In this document: in pieces, positions 56,329 through 64,000 of the stretch
Numbering within the stretch: position 1 is the first letter of the stretch
Layout: each line of letters opens with the position of its first letter
IMG/VR virus record: IMGVR_UViG_3300020598_000119
Reading direction: 5' to 3' (one strand)
From: a virus
Lineage: Duplodnaviria; Caudoviricetes
Length of the DNA: 64,000 bases
The notes under the pieces: model-generated
Database searches by the model: none
The model's input: the letters and a program-made list of their open reading frames with translations, nothing else
What the model was told of the DNA's origin: nothing
Position numbers and translations under genes: made by a program

Positions 56329-56444
56329 TTCCCTTTCGGTAGTCAATAAATCCTGTAATATCGAATGTGGAATAAAGTATCTGTCTGGAGAATGCGTTGT
56401 CAACGAATTTAAGCAATAAAAGCCATTCCAAATTCAGAAGTATT

Positions 56445-56795
56445 ATGTGGGCGTCGATTTGGCTTTTCGCGTGCTCCTTGGCGTGGAAAGGTTCCACATT
56501 GTCCGGTGGCAGTCGTTCGGCAGAAGCCGAACAATTGGCCTTCACCGTAGGTCTTTATAATCATCTCAACCTAAAATGCGTGCTGCAGGCACGAGATTTA
56601 GCTGACGCATCCATTCGCGCTGAAATTGCTAACTATCGGCCGACAGCTCGGTATCTCAAAATGAAAGAAGACAGGGCCATCAAGGAATGGCATAAGGCCA
56701 GGTGCCCTGACCGTGCTCTTGTTGGAATTTCCTATGGAGTCATGAAAATTGCTCGCGAGGACCTTGCCTCTCGAAAGATTGCGAAGAGGAAGTAA
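56445..56795 (+). CDS. Hypothetical protein
   Basis: Hydrophobic N-terminus; abuts rusA; start uncertain. Confidence 0.45.
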   Translation: MWASIWLFACSLAWKGSTLSGGSRSAEAEQLAFTVGLYNHLNLKCVLQARDLADASIRAEIANYRPTARYLKMKEDRAIKEWHKARCPDRALVGISYGVMKIAREDLASRKIAKRK

Positions 56796-56796
56796 A

Positions 56797-57390
56797 GTGG
56801 TCCGAATAACCGAGGCGCAAGCCAAGAAGCTTGGAATAAATCTGTGGAGGAAATCCGCCTCTGGAGAAAAGAAACCCACCAAAGCAAAAGGGCGTTCACG
56901 CGCAAAGCGATGTGAATACAATTTCGAGCCAGTTGAATTCACAGTGAGGCTGGACCACGATCCCAAGCCCAAGGAACGTCCGCGCACGGTTGTAGACCGC
57001 GATATTCTCCACAGCTGCTTTCTTGCCGCCCGAGGCAATGTTGGAGCATTTATGGACATGGTGAACAAAAAGATCAGCCGCACCTACACTCCCAAGGCTA
57101 CCCTTGATTACGAGCGTCTTGTTGCTGACCACGCCAAAATTGCCATGGCTGGGAAGGCAATGTTCTACTGCCCCGTTGAAACCAGCCTGATTTTCGTCCT
57201 GAAGGGTGAAGATGACATTTGGCCGACGTCCAGACTGGACGGTGACGCTGACAACCTTGAGAAGTCAGTGCTCGACGCATTGAACGGCATCGTATTTGAA
57301 GACGACAAGTTGGTCGTCAAAAGCTTTCGTGAGAAGCGCTGCGGAGCAGAGCCTTGTGTTCACATTCGTATCGCCCCAGCCAAACCCTGA
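56797..57390 (+). CDS. rusA: RusA family Holliday junction resolvase
   Basis: PKPKERPR, YTP..T..YE, DADNLEKSVLDALNG..FEDD.LV; GTG start after GAGGA. Confidence 0.88.
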   Translation: MVRITEAQAKKLGINLWRKSASGEKKPTKAKGRSRAKRCEYNFEPVEFTVRLDHDPKPKERPRTVVDRDILHSCFLAARGNVGAFMDMVNKKISRTYTPKATLDYERLVADHAKIAMAGKAMFYCPVETSLIFVLKGEDDIWPTSRLDGDADNLEKSVLDALNGIVFEDDKLVVKSFREKRCGAEPCVHIRIAPAKP

Positions 57391-57404
57391 GGCGATACGA
57401 CTTC

Positions 57405-59519
57405 TCATCGAGCGAAACCTGAACGACCTGCGCGCTTCTTTGCCTTCTTACGTCCGAGATCAGCAGTCGTTGCAGTCCCGATTTCCTGCCACTTGAATTC
57501 GCATTCTTCCATAAAGCTCGACGGGCCACCCACCTTAGTCTTCTGGTGAGATCCTCCTCGACGCCACGCAAAGCTGACATCGAGACCGTGACGAGCACGT
57601 GTGAAGGCCACATGAGCCAGGCGACGCTCCTCTTCCACACCGCCGCCTGCAGGACCATTCCAGCGGTCGCCAGCTTTGCCTTTACGACCTTCTTCCATAG
57701 CGCGAGCATTTGGCATTACGCCGTAGTCGAAGGCAGGGCAGAACACATAATCGAATTCCAAGCCCTTCACAGAGTGCATCGTGGAAAGACGCACTTTCCC
57801 AATCAGATCGACCATGCTACGGTCAACTTCAGTCAGAAGACTAAGGTCTTCCAAAAACTGGATTGCATCCTCATAGCCATCGGCCAGTCGATGAACCGCC
57901 TCGATGTTCTGAAGGCGCTTGTCGCCATCCGACTGGTTAGAGAGCCATTCCAAATAGCCAGTCTTCTCCAGACCAATCGTGATGATGTCGTGCGTATGGT
58001 GGCACCACTCACCTTTCTCCGCTAGGATCGCGAGAGCATGCCCCAGCGATGCAGCGCCATCGCGAACGTCCTTGCGCAGTCCGACACCTGACTTGACATC
58101 AGCCGCAACGATGCACGCCTCGTGGAACGGTATGGAGCGGGCGAGCACAAGGTTTGTGATCGCTTCAATAGCGGCGGTACCCAGACCTCTGGTCGGACGG
58201 GAGGCAACACGGATAAACGAGAGGTCGTCGAACGGGTTCATGGCCATACGGACCATGGCAATCACGTCCTTGACTTCCTCACGATCCAGCAGAGACGAGC
58301 CACTGGTCACAACGCTAGGAACGCCCTTTCGAAGGATCGCTTCTTCATACGGAGGTATGATGTACGCCGAACGGAACAGAACGGCGATTTCATGCGGAGG
58401 GACCCCGCCGTCGATCAATTCCTTGATCCGGCCAGCAATCCAGGAAGCCTCGCTTATATCGGTTGCATGACCCGTCGACCGAACAGCTTCACCAGAACGC
58501 TGAGATTCCAAAACCTTCGGGGTCGAACGGCGATTGTAATCAACGATGATGTTCGCTGGCTCCAATATCTGTTGAGTACAGCGACGATTGGCCTTGAGAA
58601 CGAACCGACTGGCGGTCGGCCCGACCATGTCACTCATTGCACCCGTGTAGCCGCCCTGGAAGCCAAAGATGTTTTGATCTTCGTCGCCAACTGCAGTCAG
58701 CCCGCCATTATACGAGGTCAGCAACCGCACCCACTCAACCTGAACCTGGTTGGCGTCCTGCGCCTCGTCCACGAGCATGTGCGTGATGGCAGAGGCCTCA
58801 GCCTGAAGAATGTCAGGGTTTCCTTTGAGCAAGGTGACGACCTTCAATATCAGGTCACCGAAATCGACCATGTTGCGTCGTTCGAGTTCGTACTGATACG
58901 AGCTGTAGGCGACGGCCATCTGCTCTTCTTCGGGGCTACGTGCCTCGCGAGCTGGATCGGATGCCTCTACATCGGACAACCCCCATCCCTTCCAAAGCGA
59001 AACCTGGCGAAGTGCTCGTTCAGCGAAGTTGCGAAGACCAGCGTCATAATCCTTTTTCAGAGCCTTGATTTCAGCCTCTGTGGCGTCTTCATGTGTGATA
59101 AATGGACCGAATGCCCCATCAACGACCGCAGCCTCAATCATCAGAGCCTTTGCCTCGTCTTCATCAACAATCATGAAGTTGCGGCTCTGCAAGCCAGCCA
59201 TCTCGGCATATTTACGGAGAATTTTTGAAGATAAACTGTGGAATGTTCCGATCCTCAAACCTTCGGCCGCAGCCCCTACATGCTTTTCCACACGTTCTTT
59301 AAGCTCCTTCGCCGCTTTCTTGGTGAAAGTGACTGCCATAATTGACGAAGCGGGAATTCCGCGAGCAATTAAAACAGAAATTCTTGCGGTAAGAGTTGTT
59401 GTTTTACCCGTACCAGCACCGGCAGAAATAAGCGAAATTCCTTGTGGCGCAGCGGCTGCAGCAGCCTGATCGGCATCTAGTTTGCCTGTGATTTCAATGA
59501 TTCTATCTTCGATTTTCAT
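57405..59519 (-). CDS. Second UvrD/Rep/PcrA family helicase
   Basis: AGAGTGKT, VDEAQD, GDEDQ.IF, STMHSVKGLE, EERRL.HVA.TRA. Confidence 0.93.
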   Translation of the reverse strand: MKIEDRIIEITGKLDADQAAAAAAPQGISLISAGAGTGKTTTLTARISVLIARGIPASSIMAVTFTKKAAKELKERVEKHVGAAAEGLRIGTFHSLSSKILRKYAEMAGLQSRNFMIVDEDEAKALMIEAAVVDGAFGPFITHEDATEAEIKALKKDYDAGLRNFAERALRQVSLWKGWGLSDVEASDPAREARSPEEEQMAVAYSSYQYELERRNMVDFGDLILKVVTLLKGNPDILQAEASAITHMLVDEAQDANQVQVEWVRLLTSYNGGLTAVGDEDQNIFGFQGGYTGAMSDMVGPTASRFVLKANRRCTQQILEPANIIVDYNRRSTPKVLESQRSGEAVRSTGHATDISEASWIAGRIKELIDGGVPPHEIAVLFRSAYIIPPYEEAILRKGVPSVVTSGSSLLDREEVKDVIAMVRMAMNPFDDLSFIRVASRPTRGLGTAAIEAITNLVLARSIPFHEACIVAADVKSGVGLRKDVRDGAASLGHALAILAEKGEWCHHTHDIITIGLEKTGYLEWLSNQSDGDKRLQNIEAVHRLADGYEDAIQFLEDLSLLTEVDRSMVDLIGKVRLSTMHSVKGLEFDYVFCPAFDYGVMPNARAMEEGRKGKAGDRWNGPAGGGVEEERRLAHVAFTRARHGLDVSFAWRRGGSHQKTKVGGPSSFMEECEFKWQEIGTATTADLGRKKAKKRAGRSGFAR

Positions 59520-59640
59520 TCAAAAACTCCAAGTGCCAATTAGTTGACAAATATAAGGGGAATATGTCAAGGATAAAGAGTTCTCGACTGGCGCATCAGG
59601 AATTTGTATCTTTATTCGCCAGCCGCAATAAGAGGAAATA

Positions 59641-62600
59641 ATGCAGGAAATTTTTGCCCATCTACATGTCCACTCCGATTTCACGCTTGCTATCGGCGCG
59701 AGCAAGGTAAAGGCGCTCGTAGCCGCTGCAAAGGCCGCAAAAATCCCAGCTATTGCCTTGGTTGACGAAGGCAATATGTACGGAGCCATGGAATTTTCGC
59801 AAGCTGCCGCAGATAAGGGCATTCAACCAATTATCGGTGTAAAGCTGTGGTTCGATAACGGCATGAATACGAAGGGAAGCATTATTCTTCTGGCTCAGAA
59901 CGAAAAAGGCTATGAGAATATTTGCCATATTCTGGCTCAGTCGCACCGTCCTCGCGAGGGCAACGAGGGCGGCATGGCAATTATTCCTGTTGAGGTTATT
60001 TCTGGAAATACCGAAGGCGTCATCGCCCTGACAGGCGGCGTTGATGGTTGCATTCGCACTCTATTGTTGAAGGGCCGCGACGACGACGCAGAACAGCTCC
60101 TGAACTGGTTGCGGTACGAATTCTGTGACCGTATTTATATCGAAATCACGCGTTTCGGCGACGAGACTGCAAAAGACATCGAAATCGAAGAGAAGCTGAT
60201 CAATTTCGCCTACAATGCTGTGGAGTTTGAATGCTCTGACGGGGTCGTCCGCAATTCTGTTCCGCTGGTTGGCACTAGCGAAGTCTGGTACGCAGAAAAG
60301 AAGCGGCACGACGCCTTTGAAATACTGAATGCCGTTACGAACAAGAGCGTCGTTAATATCGAAGGCGGTGTCATCACCGCTCGTAGCAACCGTCGATATC
60401 ATGTCCGTAGCGTCGACGAAATGAAGGCCCTTTTTGCCGACCTTCCGGAAGCTTTTGAAAACGCGGCTGCCATCGCGCAACGTTGCGCCTTCAAAACAAG
60501 CGGTCGCAAACCGATTCTTCCCCCTTTCCAGACACAGGGCGGCCGCTCTGAGGGTGAGGAAATGCGTGTTCAGGCTCACGAGGGTCTTAAACAACGTCTG
60601 GCATCAGTTGGCATGGCAGATGGCTATACCGAACAGCAATACATTGATCGCCTTGAATACGAACTCGGCATCATCGAGGGGATGGAATTCCCAGGCTACT
60701 TCCTTATCGTTTCGGACTTCATCAAGTGGGCGAAGGCCCATGGCATTCCTGTAGGTCCTGGACGTGGCTCGGGTGCTGGTTCGCTCGTCGCATACAGTCT
60801 CAAAATTACCGACCTCGATCCGCTTCGCTGGGGCCTACTGTTTGAGCGCTTTCTCAATCCAGAGCGCGTTTCGATGCCGGACTTCGACGTCGACTTCTGT
60901 CAGGACCGTCGAGGTGAAGTGATCCAGTACGTTCGCGAGAAGTACGGTGACGATTATGTTTCCATGATTGCCACCTTTGGTGAGATCAAGTCGCGTACCG
61001 CGATCAAGGATGTCGGCCGCGTTCTAAACTCGGACGAACACGGCACCTATAGCTATCCTGAAGTGGATGCGCTCACGAAGATCATCCCAAAGAAGGGGCA
61101 AGAACCGAAACCGCTCGCTGAAGCTATGGAAGACGAAAATGATCCAGGCTTCCGCATGCTCGTAAACAGCTCGGAAAAGAACAAGTTGCTGATCCAGAAG
61201 TCGATGCAGGTTGAAGGCCTCTATCGAAGTCAGGGAACGCACGCTGCTGGCGTGATCATCACCGGACGTCCAATGGACACACTGGTCCCGGTCGGCTGGG
61301 ATAGCCAGTCGAGTATGCCTGTATGCCAGTTCAATATGAAGCACGCTGAAAAGTCTGGCCTCGTGAAGTTCGACTTCCTTGGTCTGAAGACGCTCTCTGT
61401 TATTCGTGAATGCCTTGAAAACATTGAAAACACCACTGGTGAGAAGATCGACCTCGAACAAATCGATCTCGGTTGCCAACAGACTTACGCAATGCTCTCG
61501 GAAGGCTATACCAACGGCGTATTTCAGTTTGAATCTGATGGAATGAAGAAGTGGTTCCGAGCGCTCAAGCCGAGCCGCTTTGAAGACTTGATCGCTCTTG
61601 TGTCGCTGTATCGACCAGGTCCGATGGACATGATCCCGCACTTCGTCGACTGTAAGAACGGTAAGGCAACGCCGCATTACCCTGAACCTGCGGATCAGAC
61701 CAAGCTCTTTCTCGAAGAGACGTTCGGCATCATGGTCTACCAGGAGCAGGTCATGCTCGTGGCGCAGGTCGTCGCAGGCTATTCGCTAGGTGGCGCAGAC
61801 ATGCTTCGTCGTGCTATGGGCAAGAAGATCCCCGAAGAAATGGCTGCTCAGCGAAAGACCTTCATCGATGGTGCTGTCGCGAAGGGCACGCCTGCCGAAA
61901 CAGCCAACGCTCTATTCGACACCATCGATAAGTTCGCAGGCTACGGCTTCAACAAGTCGCACGCAGCCGCTTATGCGCTGATTGCGTACCAGACGGCGTG
62001 GTTGAAGAAGCATTATCCGGCGCAGTTCATGGCCGCACTCCTGACCTACGAAGACAAGCCTGAAAAGATGGCCAAGGTTAAGGAAGACATGGACGCGTTC
62101 GGCATCAAAATGCTAATGCCGTCCATCGACCTGTCCAGCGCTCGTTTCAAACCTGAGAAATTTGGTGATGGCTTTGGCGTCCGCTTTGGATTGGCCGCGA
62201 TCAACGGAATCTCGAAAGACCTTTCGATCCTGGAAAATGCTCGCAAAGATGGTCCGTTCAAGAGCTTGACAGACTTCTACTCTCGCGCGGGTACTCAGTT
62301 CAACAAGGGGCAACTCGAACGTCTGGTGGAGGCTGGCGCTTTTGATGGCAAGCAATTCGCCAGAAACCGCTATTGTGCTGCGAGCATCCTCGCCTACCTG
62401 TCCAAGGGTGGTAAAAAGACCAACACTGCTCAAACCGATCTATTTGGCGGAACCCTGGAACTTGCCTTCCCGAAGGAACTCAATGAGAAGGTCGAATGGG
62501 GCAACCGTATTGATCGAGAGTTCAACGCTGTCGGCTTCTATTTCGGTGAACACCCTCTCGACACCTATGAAGCTCGCCTTCGCAAGGTGAAGGTAAAGCG

Positions 62601-63312
62601 CAAAGCCTCGTTGGCGCGCTGGATGCAGGAAAACAACGCTGCATCCCTGAAGAACAAGCGTCTTGCTGGCCTCGTTGAATTCATCGAGCGTAAACAGACC
62701 CGCAATGGAGATCCATTTATCACGGCCAGAGTTGCCGAAAAGAATGATCACTTCTACGTGCGATTTTTCATGAGTGATGAAGACAGCGAGCATCTGGACA
62801 AGGTTCGACAGACCCTTGAGAACGCCAAAATAAGCCGTCGACCTGTCATTATCGTGGCGAATCTTTCCATTCGATCTGACGGCGGTGATCGTGAAGATAT
62901 GGCAATCTGGGGGAACGCTGTTCTCGATGCGGACGAAATTCTAGTCAGCGAGCGAGGCAAAATTCGCGTAAAAATCGACGCGGATCAGATCATTCCTTCG
63001 ATGGATGAGCAGAAGCAAATTCGCGACATTAAGGAAAAGCAGACTCAGGGTACTTTCTCGACGGAAGATGCAGAGAACGCAATCGCTGGAGTCAGAGCAG
63101 CGGGTGCGAGGCGCAAGACTGAAACATTGACCAAAATGCTGGGTCGAGTTCGGGCCGATGAAAAGGAATCTGCGACGCAGATCATTCTTACTACAATCGT
63201 CAATGGAACTTCGACAGACGTCCTGCTAGAAGGCAACTACATGGTCGATCTGTCTGTCGAGAACGCCATTAAAGCCACGGACGGCGTCATATCTGTCGGA
63301 GAAGCCATCTAA
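59641..63312 (+). CDS. dnaE: DNA polymerase III alpha subunit
   Basis: HLHVHS PHP domain, GRGSGAGS, PDFDVDF, KFDFLGL, FNKSH, QTDLF clamp motif. Confidence 0.97.
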   Translation: MQEIFAHLHVHSDFTLAIGASKVKALVAAAKAAKIPAIALVDEGNMYGAMEFSQAAADKGIQPIIGVKLWFDNGMNTKGSIILLAQNEKGYENICHILAQSHRPREGNEGGMAIIPVEVISGNTEGVIALTGGVDGCIRTLLLKGRDDDAEQLLNWLRYEFCDRIYIEITRFGDETAKDIEIEEKLINFAYNAVEFECSDGVVRNSVPLVGTSEVWYAEKKRHDAFEILNAVTNKSVVNIEGGVITARSNRRYHVRSVDEMKALFADLPEAFENAAAIAQRCAFKTSGRKPILPPFQTQGGRSEGEEMRVQAHEGLKQRLASVGMADGYTEQQYIDRLEYELGIIEGMEFPGYFLIVSDFIKWAKAHGIPVGPGRGSGAGSLVAYSLKITDLDPLRWGLLFERFLNPERVSMPDFDVDFCQDRRGEVIQYVREKYGDDYVSMIATFGEIKSRTAIKDVGRVLNSDEHGTYSYPEVDALTKIIPKKGQEPKPLAEAMEDENDPGFRMLVNSSEKNKLLIQKSMQVEGLYRSQGTHAAGVIITGRPMDTLVPVGWDSQSSMPVCQFNMKHAEKSGLVKFDFLGLKTLSVIRECLENIENTTGEKIDLEQIDLGCQQTYAMLSEGYTNGVFQFESDGMKKWFRALKPSRFEDLIALVSLYRPGPMDMIPHFVDCKNGKATPHYPEPADQTKLFLEETFGIMVYQEQVMLVAQVVAGYSLGGADMLRRAMGKKIPEEMAAQRKTFIDGAVAKGTPAETANALFDTIDKFAGYGFNKSHAAAYALIAYQTAWLKKHYPAQFMAALLTYEDKPEKMAKVKEDMDAFGIKMLMPSIDLSSARFKPEKFGDGFGVRFGLAAINGISKDLSILENARKDGPFKSLTDFYSRAGTQFNKGQLERLVEAGAFDGKQFARNRYCAASILAYLSKGGKKTNTAQTDLFGGTLELAFPKELNEKVEWGNRIDREFNAVGFYFGEHPLDTYEARLRKVKVKRKASLARWMQENNAASLKNKRLAGLVEFIERKQTRNGDPFITARVAEKNDHFYVRFFMSDEDSEHLDKVRQTLENAKISRRPVIIVANLSIRSDGGDREDMAIWGNAVLDADEILVSERGKIRVKIDADQIIPSMDEQKQIRDIKEKQTQGTFSTEDAENAIAGVRAAGARRKTETLTKMLGRVRADEKESATQIILTTIVNGTSTDVLLEGNYMVDLSVENAIKATDGVISVGEAI

Positions 63313-63332
63313 ATGCAATTCCGCAAACAAAT

Positions 63333-63360
63333 AAAAAGGCGGCACAGGAGCCGCCTTTTT
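63333..63360. terminator. Bidirectional terminator
   Basis: AAAAAGGCGGC-ACAGGA-GCCGCCTTTTT. Confidence 0.8.
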
Positions 63361-63361
63361 A

Positions 63362-63952
63362 TTACTGTTTGAACGTCGCAGAGGGAGGGGACGGCAATTG
63401 CAGATATTTCTTGTCAAATTTCTCACAGAGGATTTCACCGTTTTCGGCATGCAAGAATTCATGTCCCTCGTTAGCCAGTGCAACGGCGTCGACTTCGATG
63501 ACCATGGGTCCAGGACCAGGTCGGGCCTCTGCGATTTCTAAAGCACGCTCAAATGTATCCACCAACCGAATGAAGTGCTTCTTTGACAAAGTAAGGCCAT
63601 GTTCCTCGATCTGATCCCGTGCTTCCTCCGTCGTTCCGAAATAGAGCATCCCCGTAGGCACATATCGCTCATATCCCAAATCGACTTCAAATGAGTGGCC
63701 AGAGAGCGCCCGAATTTCCAATCCATTCTCGCTCAGAGCGAAACGTGTCTTATGAGGGTCATTGAGAGCCTCTTCAATATGAACCCGATCCAGCTTTCCG
63801 TCGAACGCCTTCAATCCATTCAGGTAGTTAATAACAGAGTCGACTGACACAAAACCGTTACGATCAATGGAGAGCACACCATCAGGATTGTGTCGGAGCA
63901 AGCGCGAGAGACTTTTAGTGATCAGAGGCAACGGAAATCCATTGTGTTCCAT
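63362..63952 (-). CDS. kptA: Tpt1/KptA RNA 2'-phosphotransferase family protein
   Basis: S.LLRH, K.RF, IRA.SGHS; NAD-domain HGT is FGT; start may lie further upstream (window edge). Confidence 0.8.
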   Translation of the reverse strand: MEHNGFPLPLITKSLSRLLRHNPDGVLSIDRNGFVSVDSVINYLNGLKAFDGKLDRVHIEEALNDPHKTRFALSENGLEIRALSGHSFEVDLGYERYVPTGMLYFGTTEEARDQIEEHGLTLSKKHFIRLVDTFERALEIAEARPGPGPMVIEVDAVALANEGHEFLHAENGEILCEKFDKKYLQLPSPPSATFKQ

Positions 63953-64000
63953 AAAAATAGCTCCAAGCGACATTGCCGGAGCCATTTCTATCACGAGCAT

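Noticed and set aside
58122-59228. Long antisense ORFs (368 aa here; also 26021..26770 and 61024..61677)
   Set aside because: They lie opposite well-supported helicase and polymerase genes and are typical antisense shadows with no motifs.

Overview
The window looks like part of a large conjugative replicon (megaplasmid or chromid) of a Rhizobiales-type alphaproteobacterium. It carries scattered type IVB (Dot/Icm, IncI-like) transfer genes (dotA/traY, icmV/traX-like, dotB/traJ) and its own DNA-metabolism set (dnaE, dnaQ, rnhA, recA, recD2, two UvrD helicases, mutL, rusA, thyA-folA-dut, a circularly permuted SbcC with SbcD). It also encodes a sigma32-like factor, MucR, PBP1A and a broad RNA/tRNA repair kit (Thg1-like 3'-5' polymerase, Pnkp-Rnl fusion, CCA-adding enzyme, Tpt1). 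No phage structural genes, CRISPR arrays or transposases were recognised. There are 19 tRNA genes in three clusters: Lys/Lys; Glu/Asp/Glu; and a 14-tRNA array for Asn, Val, Gly, Ala, fMet, Ile, Met and Thr. The main finding is that each cluster is preceded by an unannotated short leader ORF whose codons match the tRNAs of that cluster, followed by a terminator with a competing antiterminator, and then an identically spaced IHF-like/T-tract/sigma70 promoter cassette. This suggests ribosome-stalling attenuators that sense loss of particular host tRNAs (for example by anticodon-nuclease defences or toxins) and switch on matched replacement tRNAs. All structures and gene calls were made by eye; no searches or folding programs were run.
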